A stretch of DNA of 64,000 nucleotides from Smithellaceae bacterium (GTDB lineage: Bacteria; Desulfobacterota; Syntrophia; Syntrophales; Smithellaceae). Positions 1-10,444 of this stretch are shown here, piece after piece. The notes beneath the pieces were generated by a model that saw only the letters and a list, made by a program, of their open reading frames with translations, was not told the origin of the DNA and ran no database searches. The position numbers and the translations under genes are program-made. How positions within the stretch are numbered: the first letter of the stretch is position 1; every line of letters starts with the position of its first letter. The stretch covers positions 3,392,001 to 3,456,000 of the forward strand of contig CAXXVL010000002.1 in the NCBI GenBank assembly GCA_963667845.2, written 5' to 3'.

Positions 1-313
1 GTATTTATTAACAAACCCGCTTCATTTCCGTTATATGGAACAGTACTTCAACTCCCCTTACGGGATTTCCAAGCGCCGCGACAAACTCTTGGGGAAGGAC
101 ACAAATTCTAAAAAACACGACACACTCGCAGGAATCTTTCAGGAAGGAGTCTCTCAGCGAATTTTGAAAGATTTACCCATTATCGTACATTCTTCCCTGG
201 CTATCGGTCCCATGCTCTATGTCATACGCGACCATACCCTCGGGTTCGTCGAATTGGACGAACCGCTGATCAAGCAAATTACCGAAGCCTGCTGGGATGC
301 AATCAAGAGGTAA
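1..313 (+). CDS. TetR/AcrR family transcriptional regulator, C-terminal part (5' end outside window)
   Basis: Frame open from the window edge (YLLTNPLHFRYMEQYFNSPY...ACWDAIKR), resembling a TetR C-terminal domain; directly upstream of an RND operon. Confidence 0.7.
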   Translation, partial: YLLTNPLHFRYMEQYFNSPYGISKRRDKLLGKDTNSKKHDTLAGIFQEGVSQRILKDLPIIVHSSLAIGPMLYVIRDHTLGFVELDEPLIKQITEACWDAIKR

Positions 314-396
314 TGCCAAAGCTTTATGGCAGACAAATGAATTTTAAATTAAGCAAGGGATGAACATTCATATTTTACATTAAGCAGAGGTGTTAA

Positions 397-1593
397 ATGA
401 ATAGAAATTACAGAATCGGGTTGATAGCTACCGGAGTCATTCTTGTCACAGGATTGATACTCGGAGGATGCGGGCAACGGAATGCGGGCGGCCCGCCGCC
501 GATGCCCGAAGTCGCCGTTGTAACGATAGAGCCGAAACCGGTGACATTGACCACCGAATTGCCGGGTCGAACAGCAGCCTATTTAATTGCCGAAGTGCGT
601 CCTCAAGTAAGTGGCATTATCCAAAAGCGACTGTTTACGGAGGGCGCTGATGTCCGTGCCGGCCAGGTTCTTTTCCACATCGATCCCGCCCTCTATCAGG
701 CTTCACTTGATAACGCGAAGGCCGCGCTGGCCCGTTCCGAGGCTCAGCTCTCCACGATTCAATTAAAAGCGGCCCGTTTGAAGGAACTCCTTGCCGATAA
801 AGCGGTCAGTCAGCAGGATTATGATGATGCGGCAGCTATGCTTAAACAGGTCCAGGCCGATATTCAATACGCAAAAGCAACACTGGAGACGGCGCGGATC
901 AACCTGAAATATACCACCATTGCTGCGCCCATTTCAGGTCGTATTGGGAAATCCAGTGTGACAGAGGGCGCTCTGGTCACGGCTCAGCAGCCCATACCTC
1001 TGGCGACTATTCAGCAGCTGGATCCCATGTATGTGGATGTCACCCAATCTACATCTGAAATTCTTCGCCTGCGACGCCTGTTGCAGGAAGGACAAATCGA
1101 TCAATACGGCAAGAATCAGCAGAAGGTCCGGCTCATAGTGGGTGACGGGACGGAATATCCACTGAAAGGAAACCTTCAATTCCGTGACATCACGGTCGAT
1201 CCGACAACCGGATCAGTTGTTTTGCGGATTGTGTTTCCCAATCCGAAAGACATTTTGCTGCCAGGCATGTTTGTCAGGGCGCTCGTGCAGGAAGGTATCA
1301 ACAAGCAGGCTATTCTCATCCCCCAGCAGGCTGTGTCCCGCGACCCCAAAGGGAACCCGATGACATTAATAGTGGATTCCACCGGAAAGGTTGAACAGCG
1401 CGCACTTACACTGGACCGCGCCCTAGGCGATGCCTGGCGGGTCACAGCGGGTCTTGTGCCCGGTGATCGGGTCATTGTCGAGGGAATGCTGAAAGTGAAA
1501 CCCGGCATTTCCGTACGAGCTGTCCCTTTTGAAAACAGTGACCCAAACGGCGGAAAAAAGAAGAATGCAGCCCCGCCCGCCAAAACAAATTAA
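397..1593 (+). CDS. acrA: RND efflux periplasmic adaptor lipoprotein (AcrA/MexA family)
   Basis: Lipobox LGGC; motifs ELPGRT, EVRPQVSGII, APISGRIG, LDPMYVD, LLPGMFV. Confidence 0.95.
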   Translation: MNRNYRIGLIATGVILVTGLILGGCGQRNAGGPPPMPEVAVVTIEPKPVTLTTELPGRTAAYLIAEVRPQVSGIIQKRLFTEGADVRAGQVLFHIDPALYQASLDNAKAALARSEAQLSTIQLKAARLKELLADKAVSQQDYDDAAAMLKQVQADIQYAKATLETARINLKYTTIAAPISGRIGKSSVTEGALVTAQQPIPLATIQQLDPMYVDVTQSTSEILRLRRLLQEGQIDQYGKNQQKVRLIVGDGTEYPLKGNLQFRDITVDPTTGSVVLRIVFPNPKDILLPGMFVRALVQEGINKQAILIPQQAVSRDPKGNPMTLIVDSTGKVEQRALTLDRALGDAWRVTAGLVPGDRVIVEGMLKVKPGISVRAVPFENSDPNGGKKKNAAPPAKTN

Positions 1594-1608
1594 CGGGGGC
1601 GCCAAATA

Positions 1609-4600
1609 ATGCTATCAAAATTCTTTCTAAATCGTCCGGTTTTCGCGTGGGTCATTGCCATTATCATTATGGCGGTCGGCTGCATTGCTATTTACAATCT
1701 GCCCATTTCCCAGTACCCGCAGATGGCTCCTCCCACCATTGCGATTACGGCCTCCTATCCCGGCTCATCGGCCGAGACGGTGGAAAACAGCGTCACCCAG
1801 GTCATTGAGCAGAAAATGACCGGTCTGGATAATCTGATCTATATGTCCGCCTCCAGTGATTCTGCCGGCGGCGCACGCCTGGAGTTGACCTTCAAGCCCG
1901 GAACCGATCCTGATATTGCCTGGTCTAAAGTACAGAACAAGGTTCAAACAGCCTTGACAAGCCTCCCCGATGTCGTTGAGAGTCAGGGAGTAACGGTCAG
2001 CAAGTCCACCCGCAATTATCTGATGTTCGTCGGTCTGATTTCTGAAGACGGCTCGATGGACGGGACGGACCTGAGAGACTATGCCAAATCCAATCTGGAA
2101 AAGATTCTGGCGCGTGTCCCCGGCGTGGGCGAGGTGGAAGTCTTTGGCAGCGGTTATGCCATGCGTGTCTGGCTCAATCCCCAAAAGCTGACGGATTATC
2201 GAATGACTGTGGACGATGTGCTGGCCGCTCTCAAAGCCTATAACGTGGAGGTTTCCGCGGGCCAGTTCGGTGGTGCGCCCTCCATTCCCGGCCAGCGTTT
2301 AAATGCCACAATCATCGTTCAGAATATGCTTTCAACGCCTGAAGAATTTGCCAAAATTCCTCTGCGAACCAATCCGGACGGCTCCATCGTGCGTATCAGC
2401 GATGTGGGACGGACCGAACTGGGCACGGAAATTTACGATATCCAGGTTTTCAACAACGGCAAACCTTCCGCGGGCATCGCGATCCGGCAGTCACCGGACG
2501 CCAACGCCCTGGACACGGCTGATGCGGTCAAAGCAAAAATGGCGGAGATGAGCCGGTTTTTCCCCGCCGGATTGAAAGTCGTCTATCCCAATGATTCGAC
2601 CACCTTCATCAAAGTCTCCATCAATGAAGTGATCAAGACCCTGATCATCGCCATCGTACTGGTCTTTCTGGTGATGTTGCTTTTTCTGGGCAACATGCGG
2701 GCCACGCTCATTCCCACCATTGCCGTGCCGGTTGTTATTCTGGGAACATTCGCCATCCTGGGACTCTTCGGATTTTCAATTAACATGCTGACCATGTTTG
2801 CCATGGTGCTCGCCATCGGCCTTCTGGTCGATGACGCCATCGTGGTCGTGGAAAATGTGGAACGAATCATGACTGAGGAGGGACTACCCCCCAAAGAAGC
2901 CACGGCTAAATCCATGGAGCAGATTACCAGCGCGCTGGTCGGCATCGGACTGGTGCTGGCCGCCGTTTTCGGCCCCATGGCCTTCTTCCCGGGCTCAACC
3001 GGCGTCATCTATCGCCAGTTCTCCATTACCATTATTTCAGCGATGCTTCTTTCGGTCATTGTGGCGTTGATCCTCACGCCGGTTTTGTGCGCCGCGCTCC
3101 TTAAACCGGTAAAGGCCGGCCATGAACCGGCGGAAAATGCCGTCTTTTTTGCACGGCCCTTCTTCCTGTGGTTTGACCGCATGTTTTTCGGCCTCCGAGA
3201 GCGTTATGTGCGTTTGATCGGCCATTCCCTCACGCGGAAAAAGCGCTATCTGGTTGTCTTCCTTGTGATCGTCACGGTCATGGGCGTCCTGTTTCTGCGC
3301 ATGCCTAAAGCCTATCTGCCGGATGAAGACCAGGGAACCTTGCTTGCCCAGATCATCATGCCCACCGGTGCTACCCTGGAACAGACCGGGGAGACCGCAA
3401 AGCAAATTGAAAAATATTTTCGGGAAAATGAAAAAGAATCTGTGGAGATGGTCATGACCATTACCGGTGTCGGATTTTCCGGACGCGCGCAAAACAACGG
3501 CATGGTCTGGATCAGGCTTAAAGACTGGCACCTGCGCAACCGGCCTGATATGAAAGCCAAAGCCATCGCCAAAAGAGCCATGGGAGCCCTTTCCGGTATC
3601 CGCAACGCCATGGTATTCACCTTTCAGCCTCCGCCAGTTCCGGAACTGGGCACGTCCCTGGGCTTCGATTTTCAATTACTGGACCGCGGAGGCCTGGGTC
3701 ATCAGGCCCTGATGGACGGCCAATACCAGTTGCTCGGCCTTGTGGCCCAGGACCCCAGAGTAACCAAGGTCCGGCCCAACAGCATGGCGGATGTTCCTCA
3801 ATATCGTATTGATGTGGATTGGGAAAAAGCCGGCGCACTGGGGATTCCCATCACGTCCATCCACAACACACTTTCGGCCGCTTTCGGGAGCGCCTACGCC
3901 AACGACTTTGTTCAAGGCGGTCGTATCAAGAGGGTGTACATCCAGGCGGACGCTCCCTACCGCATGTTGCCCAAGGATCTGGAAAAGCTTTATGTCCGCA
4001 ACGCACAGGGTAAAATGGTACCTTTTTCCTCCTTTGCCTCGGGGCGCTGGACGACAGGCGCTCCCAGGCTCACGCGCTTTAACGGATTCCCCTCCATCAA
4101 TATCTGGGGAGAACCTACGCCGGGCAAGAGTTCGGGCGAAGCCATGCAGGCCATGGAAGACGCGATGGCCAAGCTGCCCAGCGGTTTTGGTTTTGACTGG
4201 AGCGGACTTTCCTATCAGGAACGGATGGCCAGTTCTCAGGCGCCGCTTTTGTATGCTTTTTCCATTTTCGTGATCTTTTTATGTTTGGCCGCGCTCTACG
4301 AGAGCTGGACGATTCCCATCGCCATCCTGCTGGTGCTGCCGTTGGGCGTCATCGGCGGAATCATCGCGTCGAGTTTGCGCGGGTTGGCCAATGATGTATA
4401 TTTTCAGATCGGACTTTTGACGACACTGGGGCTCGCCACGAAGAACGCCATCCTCATCGTCCAGTTTGCCAAGGGCGGACTGGATAAAGGCATGGGGATC
4501 ATTGAAGCCACCCTGGAGGGGGCAAAACTGCGCTTCCGTCCGATCCTTATGACGTCGCTCGCCTTCGGTTTCGGTGTTCTGCCCCTGGCGCTCACCACCG

Positions 4601-4854
4601 GCGCCGGCGCCGGCGCACAAAATGCCATCGGCACCAGCGTTTTGGGAGGCATGATCACTGCAACCATTTTGGTGGTCGTCTTCGTGCCATTATTTTATAT
4701 GCTGATCGAAAAACTGTTTGGCAAACAGAAAACCCCCGGCGCCGCAAACGATAAGAATTCGCTTTTCAGTAAGTTGATCGCGAAAGTGATTCCCAAACAC
4801 CGGAATCAGAAATCGGCCGCGACGGAAGATACGAATCCATCAGAGGTTAAATGA
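1609..4854 (+). CDS. acrB: RND efflux permease (AcrB/MexB, HAE1 family)
   Basis: 1081 aa; RPVFAWV start, GLLVDDAIVVVENVER, KNAILIV, RFRPILMTSLAF. Confidence 0.97.
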   Translation: MLSKFFLNRPVFAWVIAIIIMAVGCIAIYNLPISQYPQMAPPTIAITASYPGSSAETVENSVTQVIEQKMTGLDNLIYMSASSDSAGGARLELTFKPGTDPDIAWSKVQNKVQTALTSLPDVVESQGVTVSKSTRNYLMFVGLISEDGSMDGTDLRDYAKSNLEKILARVPGVGEVEVFGSGYAMRVWLNPQKLTDYRMTVDDVLAALKAYNVEVSAGQFGGAPSIPGQRLNATIIVQNMLSTPEEFAKIPLRTNPDGSIVRISDVGRTELGTEIYDIQVFNNGKPSAGIAIRQSPDANALDTADAVKAKMAEMSRFFPAGLKVVYPNDSTTFIKVSINEVIKTLIIAIVLVFLVMLLFLGNMRATLIPTIAVPVVILGTFAILGLFGFSINMLTMFAMVLAIGLLVDDAIVVVENVERIMTEEGLPPKEATAKSMEQITSALVGIGLVLAAVFGPMAFFPGSTGVIYRQFSITIISAMLLSVIVALILTPVLCAALLKPVKAGHEPAENAVFFARPFFLWFDRMFFGLRERYVRLIGHSLTRKKRYLVVFLVIVTVMGVLFLRMPKAYLPDEDQGTLLAQIIMPTGATLEQTGETAKQIEKYFRENEKESVEMVMTITGVGFSGRAQNNGMVWIRLKDWHLRNRPDMKAKAIAKRAMGALSGIRNAMVFTFQPPPVPELGTSLGFDFQLLDRGGLGHQALMDGQYQLLGLVAQDPRVTKVRPNSMADVPQYRIDVDWEKAGALGIPITSIHNTLSAAFGSAYANDFVQGGRIKRVYIQADAPYRMLPKDLEKLYVRNAQGKMVPFSSFASGRWTTGAPRLTRFNGFPSINIWGEPTPGKSSGEAMQAMEDAMAKLPSGFGFDWSGLSYQERMASSQAPLLYAFSIFVIFLCLAALYESWTIPIAILLVLPLGVIGGIIASSLRGLANDVYFQIGLLTTLGLATKNAILIVQFAKGGLDKGMGIIEATLEGAKLRFRPILMTSLAFGFGVLPLALTTGAGAGAQNAIGTSVLGGMITATILVVVFVPLFYMLIEKLFGKQKTPGAANDKNSLFSKLIAKVIPKHRNQKSAATEDTNPSEVK

Positions 4855-4855
4855 T

Positions 4856-6265
4856 ATGAAGAGAAAATTATTAATCCTGCCGCTGGCCCTGGCCTTCCTA
4901 TGGGGAGGTTGCACGCTCGCGCCCAAATATGAGCGCCCGGCGGCGCCAATACCGGTCCAGTGGCCGACCGGGGCGGCATATCAGGAGACAAAGGCCGCTC
5001 AAACCACGCAGACGGTGCCGGATCTTCCCTGGCGCGATTTTATCACCGATGCACAGCTGCGTGAAATTATCGAAATCGCCCTCGTGAACAACCGGGATCT
5101 CCGGGTGGCGGCGCTGAATGTGGAAAGAGCCAAGGCCATGTACGGCATCGGACGCGCTTCGCTTCTGCCATCGATCAATGCCGTGGGAAGCTGGTATCAG
5201 GAACGAATTCCTGCCGACCTGTCATCCGGTGGAAGCGCCTATACTGCCGAACAATACAGTGTCAATCTCGGTATGACATCCTGGGAAATCGATTTCTTCG
5301 GCCGCATCCGCAGCCTGAAGGACAAAGCCCTGGAAGAATACTTCGCGACGGACCAGGCTCTGCGCGGTACACAGATTTTACTCGTATCCACCGTGGCACA
5401 GGCCTATCTGGCCCTGGCTGCTGATCGGGAAGCTCTCCACCTGGTATCGAAAACGCTCGAGGCTCAGGAATCCTCGTACAAGCTGATCCGGAGGCGTTAC
5501 GACGTCGGCATGATATCCGAATTGGATCTCAAGCGCGCCCAAAGCCAGGTAGACGTGGCCCGGGGTGACGTCGCCCGTTATACGCAGCTGGCCGCTCAGG
5601 ATGAAAACGGCTTGAATCTTCTGGTCGGTTCTCCCGTCCCGAGAGAATTGATTGCACTGGACCTCGGCAACATCACTGAACCGCGAGACATCTCTCCGGG
5701 TCTATCTTCGGAACCGCTCCTCAACCGGCCGGATGTGTTGGCTGCCGAACATCAGCTCAAGGCAGCCAACGCCAATATCGGCGCTGCCCGCGCGGCTTTC
5801 TTTCCCCGGATTACGCTCACAACTTCCATTGGAACCGCCAGCGCCGAGCTGTCGGGGCTATTCAAAGCCGGCTCGGGGGTGTGGAGTTTCGCGCCGTCGA
5901 TTGTTTTGCCCATTTTTGACGCCCGTACATGGTATGCCTATGATGTCACCAAAATAGATAAGCAAATGTCGATCGCCCAGTATGAGAAGGCCATCCAGAC
6001 GGCTTTCCGGGAAGTGGCCGATGCCCTTGCAGTAAAAGGCACAGTCAACCAGCGGATCGAGGCGCAACAATCACTGGTGGATGCTTTAGCGATCACTTAC
6101 CGCCTTTCCGAAGCGCGTTACACAAAGGGAGTTGACAGCTACCTCTCCGTTCTCGACGCGCAACGGTCACTCTACACCGCCCAGCAAGTCTTGATTATGC
6201 TGCATCTTGCCCGCATCAGCAATGTGATCACGCTTTACAAGGCAATGGGCGGGATCACATCCTGA
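4856..6265 (+). CDS. Efflux outer-membrane lipoprotein (OprM/NodT family)
   Basis: Lipobox WGGC-TLAP, NNRDLR, WEIDFFGR, RPDVLAAEH, IGAARAAFFPRITLT, LYKAMGG. Confidence 0.95.
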   Translation: MKRKLLILPLALAFLWGGCTLAPKYERPAAPIPVQWPTGAAYQETKAAQTTQTVPDLPWRDFITDAQLREIIEIALVNNRDLRVAALNVERAKAMYGIGRASLLPSINAVGSWYQERIPADLSSGGSAYTAEQYSVNLGMTSWEIDFFGRIRSLKDKALEEYFATDQALRGTQILLVSTVAQAYLALAADREALHLVSKTLEAQESSYKLIRRRYDVGMISELDLKRAQSQVDVARGDVARYTQLAAQDENGLNLLVGSPVPRELIALDLGNITEPRDISPGLSSEPLLNRPDVLAAEHQLKAANANIGAARAAFFPRITLTTSIGTASAELSGLFKAGSGVWSFAPSIVLPIFDARTWYAYDVTKIDKQMSIAQYEKAIQTAFREVADALAVKGTVNQRIEAQQSLVDALAITYRLSEARYTKGVDSYLSVLDAQRSLYTAQQVLIMLHLARISNVITLYKAMGGITS

Positions 6266-6612
6266 CGATGAATGAAAGCCGGAGAGCAAAATGAACCCTG
6301 CCCCGCCATACAACGGCGCAAGCATCGCGCCGCGTGGCATGAGGATGCGGAACGGCTGTCCGGACAGAGATTCCCGCGCCGCGCCGGTAAAATAAAATGG
6401 ATTTCCGCTCTGCTGCTCGCCGGACGTTAGCAGACGTCTTCGAAGGGCGGGCCGGTAAGATTGCGGCGAACACCGGATAGTCAGTGGCTGCCGGACCCGC
6501 GCATTCAGAGACCGGAAGATGATTCATCCGGATGGATCCTGATATCGGAGGATATCGGGATGCCGCAAAGAACTCTCACCTTGCAGTACATTCAGTCACT
6601 CATGACCGATTC

Positions 6613-7011
6613 TCACTTTTTTCTCTTAAAGATGCCCGAATGAGCGCACTGCTCCCGGCCCGCCAGACAGCGATTGAGCGCCTTCATCTGCATATTCTTT
6701 TCCTCAGTCAGGCCGAGGACACCGATTGTCCCGAGGGAATCCGTGTAATCAATCCGGTTACCCGAACTGATAATGCCCGACAAGGGGTATTCCTTGCCGC
6801 CGATTTTGATGTATCCCCGGACAAGATTGTTTTTCTGTTCTGCAATCACAATCTCAGCCGATCGCCCGCAATGGAGACCTTCGCCGGAATTCATCGTACA
6901 ATAATCTCCCGACCACGTTCCGACGAAATCAAACAGGTCGGCCGACGCAGAGGTCTGAAAACTGAATATCAGGCTCAGAATCATAACACTCGCTGCCGTA
7001 ATTTTTTTCAT
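6613..7011 (-). CDS. Hypothetical secreted protein
   Basis: MKKITAA...ASA signal peptide after an AGGAA RBS-like motif; four Cys; beta-rich (FVGTWSG). Confidence 0.6.
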   Translation of the reverse strand: MKKITAASVMILSLIFSFQTSASADLFDFVGTWSGDYCTMNSGEGLHCGRSAEIVIAEQKNNLVRGYIKIGGKEYPLSGIISSGNRIDYTDSLGTIGVLGLTEEKNMQMKALNRCLAGREQCAHSGIFKRKK

Positions 7012-7396
7012 AGGACTTTCCTCCATCTTACCAAATCAATCTTTTGGATTCAAAATTCTCGAGTTGAAGACGCTATACTTTTTTATGGATATCAAACAAA
7101 GGTTATTTTCGTCAACTTCTTGATTTCGCGATTGTCAATCACGGAATAAACAAAAGGCAGCGAAAACCGCTGCCTGTAACTGACCATTATCCATTCTTTT
7201 AGCCATCAGCCGCATCCGTTTATTCTTCCGCCGGCATTTATCGAATAGCCTAAAAGAATTTCTTTTCTCTTTCTCTTTAAAATCAAAGACCGATGTTTAT
7301 ACTAGAGGAAACGATGACGGCGACGGGAATCAAAAAGAAGAGCTGTTCAACTGGTTTGGGGCATCCGTCCCGCAAGCATCTGATGTTGACGGAGGT

Positions 7397-8143
7397 ATGC
7401 ATCGTATGACCCTTGGCGCAAGATATCTTCATAACGTTTTGTCAGGACCTCGTTGCGCGGGCGGGAGTCGGACCGCGAAGCATTTGCTCGCTGTGACGCT
7501 GTGCGTTCTGTTTCTGCTGTCGGCTGCTGCCGCGCGCGCGGAATCAATCTTCACCATAAACGTCGCGGAAAGCGAGAACCGGGGCCTTACATCCCCGCAG
7601 CCATGGGCTATCTTCGATTCTGAAGCGGGTCAGGGATTTCGCTCGGGCACCCGGGTGTTCGGTTTGAGCGTCGGGGCGGCTTACGGGATGTTGATGCTGG
7701 GCGGTGAAGAGCGCCATCATCTGGCTCTGATCTCGAGCTCTTATGGCCGGGTCATCGGAAACGTCATCGGCAAGGGTAAATGGTACCAGGGCAACCTGGA
7801 ACTTCGGGCCGAATTCTTCGGAGGCACTCAGCTCAATTCACATATCCGCGCCATCACCAGCCTCACACCGCATCTCAGATACCATTTTATCACCGGCACC
7901 CGCATCGTTCCTTACATCGATGCCGGTGTCGGCGTGGTCCTTACGGAGATCCGGGGTGAAGATCTGGGCGGCGTTTTCCAGTTCAATGAGCAGGGAATCA
8001 TCGGGCTGGATTATTTTATCCGGGACAAGATGAGTATCAATCTCGCCCTGCAGTATCTTCACGTTTCATCCGCAGGCATTTACATGCCCAATGACGGCGT
8101 CAATACGCTCGGGTGTTTTCTGGGTTTGAACTGGTTTTTTTAA
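7397..8143 (+). CDS. Outer-membrane acyloxyacyl hydrolase / lipid A 3-O-deacylase (PagL family)
   Basis: GGAGG RBS; beta-barrel pattern ending in Phe; FQFNEQ...YLHVSSAGIYMPNDGVN resembles the PagL HxSNA..NxG motif. Confidence 0.8.
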   Translation: MHRMTLGARYLHNVLSGPRCAGGSRTAKHLLAVTLCVLFLLSAAAARAESIFTINVAESENRGLTSPQPWAIFDSEAGQGFRSGTRVFGLSVGAAYGMLMLGGEERHHLALISSSYGRVIGNVIGKGKWYQGNLELRAEFFGGTQLNSHIRAITSLTPHLRYHFITGTRIVPYIDAGVGVVLTEIRGEDLGGVFQFNEQGIIGLDYFIRDKMSINLALQYLHVSSAGIYMPNDGVNTLGCFLGLNWFF

Positions 8144-8159
8144 AGCGGCTCGGGCGGCT

Positions 8160-8371
8160 CTAGCAGGGTGTTCAAAAACCCTTGCTTTGCAGGCTGTTCA
8201 AATAACCTGAAGGTCACTCGAAGGTTTAGCTGCAAGGCATCGCGAGGATCGAGCATAAGGGCGTACTTTATCGGGAAGTGAGAGCGAGAGCCGAAGCGTA
8301 ACGTAACCTAAAGGTCATAAACCGCAGACGCGTGACCTTTAGGTTATGAGCCTTTTTCAACAGCCTGCTAG
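8160..8371. mobile_element. MITE-like non-autonomous element with CTAG flanks
   Basis: CTAG at 8160-8163 and 8368-8371; 15-bp terminal inverted repeats CAGG(G/C)TGTT(C/G)AAAAA (13/15); internal perfect 14-bp inverted repeat 8304-8317/8333-8346; no real ORF. Confidence 0.75.
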
Positions 8372-9096
8372 CTCTTCCTGACCGGTATCGGCTGGACCCA
8401 TTTTTTGTTATCTCCGTCATAATACCATTTATCGATGAAGCCGCGGCGACGGATAAATGCGGGATTATCGGCCCAGCGCAGCAGATCTTTATAGGCTTCG
8501 TGAATCTTGCGAAATGTGGCCGCCTTGCCGCCTGCATCCGGGTGATGGATTTTAACCTGCCGCCGGTAGGCGTTTTTAATCATTTTAACAATCTCCCGGG
8601 AACCCAGATCCGCTTTGGCGATATCCAGCAGGATCAAATTTTCCGGTTTGACCGTGGGAACTCTGATCAACCGCGGGCGAGTCAGTCCTTCGGGGATAGC
8701 CAGTCTTTCAGCCAACCCCAGAACATGGCGCGAGGCCAGATAGTTTTTCGCCGTCCTCTTTTCCTCTTCCCACCAGGCATTGCCCAGTCGATTGGTCATT
8801 CCGCCGAAATCTTCCGCCGGCTTCACGCCCTGGGTCCGTAATGCCGAATAACGGAAAATCTCACGGACACCGTGAGGAACCACGTCCAGAATGATCAGCT
8901 TATCCGTGAAATAAAATGTCGCATAGCGGGTGTTCAGTGCCTGCAATAAACCGCTCCGCGTCGTAAGTTTCTGACGCAGGTGCTGCCGGCATTTGACGGA
9001 ACAGTAACGCCGCTTACCGATATTTTCCGTTGTGCCGCAGGAAAGACAAGCGTTTGGTTTTTGATGGCTGCCCGAAGATTTGCTTTTGACTAACAT
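8368..9096 (-). CDS. J-domain protein with N-terminal Zn ribbon
   Basis: CLSC...YCSVKCR at N-terminus; C-terminal KNAYRRQVKIHHPDAGG...FRKIHEAY (HPD motif). Confidence 0.8.
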   Translation of the reverse strand: MLVKSKSSGSHQKPNACLSCGTTENIGKRRYCSVKCRQHLRQKLTTRSGLLQALNTRYATFYFTDKLIILDVVPHGVREIFRYSALRTQGVKPAEDFGGMTNRLGNAWWEEEKRTAKNYLASRHVLGLAERLAIPEGLTRPRLIRVPTVKPENLILLDIAKADLGSREIVKMIKNAYRRQVKIHHPDAGGKAATFRKIHEAYKDLLRWADNPAFIRRRGFIDKWYYDGDNKKWVQPIPVRKS

Positions 9097-9160
9097 GGTG
9101 TGATGCAAAACAGCCGGTCGATATGCGCAAACCGGCTGCCTCGCCCGTCCTCCGAACGTG

Positions 9161-9772
9161 TTACTTCGCGGTCAGATAACCTTTGGCCAGCGCTTTATTT
9201 ACATGCAGCACGCCCTTATTCATATCCTTCATCGGATAGTCGGCGGTGATAACGGGCAGTGCGTCGGCCTCGGCCTGCGTTTTGACAACCGATCCCACCG
9301 GCACGTAGCGTCCATCGGCGACTTTGACACCCATTAAAATAACGCCCGGCTCGATGACACAATTCTTTCCGACGAAAGACTTGAAGACCAGCACTTTCAT
9401 TCCGACAAACGTATCATCCATCACGACAGCCGGACCATGAATCTGCACCTGATGCGCGAGCGATACGCGGTTTCCCACGTAAACCGCGTATTTCCTGCCG
9501 TCAACGTCCATCAGGTTCTTCTCCACGGGCTTGCCGTCCAGTTCCGTTTCCAGCGCGTGGATCACGACCCCGTCCTGGACATTGGTATCGTTGCCGACAT
9601 AAAGCGGCTGTCCTTCATCGCCGCGCACCGACGCCGCAGGCGCAACCATCACATTGTTTCCCAAAATCACGTTCCCGATCACCGCCGCGAGCGGATGAAC
9701 AAATGTCCCCGCTCCGATCACCGGTTCGGATACCTTCGCACTGAAATCGGTTTTGACGTTCTTTTCGATCAT
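9161..9772 (-). CDS. Gamma-class carbonic anhydrase (Cam-like)
   Basis: Hexapeptide repeats; ASVRGDE, NVQDGVVIH, SLAHQVQIHGP (Zn-binding His), VNKALAKGY. Confidence 0.9.
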   Translation of the reverse strand: MIEKNVKTDFSAKVSEPVIGAGTFVHPLAAVIGNVILGNNVMVAPAASVRGDEGQPLYVGNDTNVQDGVVIHALETELDGKPVEKNLMDVDGRKYAVYVGNRVSLAHQVQIHGPAVVMDDTFVGMKVLVFKSFVGKNCVIEPGVILMGVKVADGRYVPVGSVVKTQAEADALPVITADYPMKDMNKGVLHVNKALAKGYLTAK

Positions 9773-9823
9773 TTCCTTACCTCCGATCCTTATGATGTCC
9801 TATATCGCTTAATCCTTCGAGAT

Positions 9824-10441
9824 TCAACTTTCCCTCGTTCTTTCCCTATCCAGTAAACCCCGCCACACGTCAGCCACCTTTGCTTCCGTTTCCCGAACGG
9901 CACATTGATTGTCGATAACAATGTCCGCGAGAGTTATCTTATCACGAATCGGCATCTGGCTTAATAACCTCAGCTCGGCTTCTGCGCGGCTAATCGCATT
10001 GCGGGCGATCAGGCGGCTAATCTGCTCCGCAGGCGCAACCATCACCAGGATCGTCAGATCAAAAAGATGCTGCATCCCGCCTTCAAACAACAAGGGAACA
10101 TCCGCAAAGATGATCGCGTGGGGATTTTGCGTTTTAGTTTCTTCCAGGCGGCGGCACCATTCCTCGAAGATGCGCGGATGGACGATGGTATTGAGTCGTT
10201 TAAGTTTTTCCGGCTGGTTGAAAACAATCGCCGCCAGTTTATTGCGGTCGATGCTTTTATCGGCCTGCAATATCTCTGCGCCGAAGAAGTCGACGACGTC
10301 ACACCAGGCGGGCTTTCCCGGCTCCTGAACTTCGTGAGCCAGTTTGTCAAAATCAATCAAATGACCGCCGAGGCGTACAAACATTTGCGCCACGGTCGAT
10401 TTTCCGCAGGCGATACCGCCTGTTAAGCCGACATTCAACAT
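9824..10441 (-). CDS. coaE: Dephospho-CoA kinase
   Basis: GLTGGIACGKST, LNTIVHP, DVPLLFE, ADIVIDN. Confidence 0.95.
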   Translation of the reverse strand: MLNVGLTGGIACGKSTVAQMFVRLGGHLIDFDKLAHEVQEPGKPAWCDVVDFFGAEILQADKSIDRNKLAAIVFNQPEKLKRLNTIVHPRIFEEWCRRLEETKTQNPHAIIFADVPLLFEGGMQHLFDLTILVMVAPAEQISRLIARNAISRAEAELRLLSQMPIRDKITLADIVIDNQCAVRETEAKVADVWRGLLDRERTRES

Positions 10442-10444
10442 GAT

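Noticed and set aside
360..371. ATGAACATTCAT as a TetR operator
   Set aside because: Only 5-bp arms; too short to support
6266..6612. 350-bp GC-rich spacer after the OprM-like gene
   Set aside because: No convincing ORF, repeat or RNA motif found
6532..7149. 205-aa plus-strand ORF
   Set aside because: Overlaps the better-supported minus-strand secreted protein; no recognisable features
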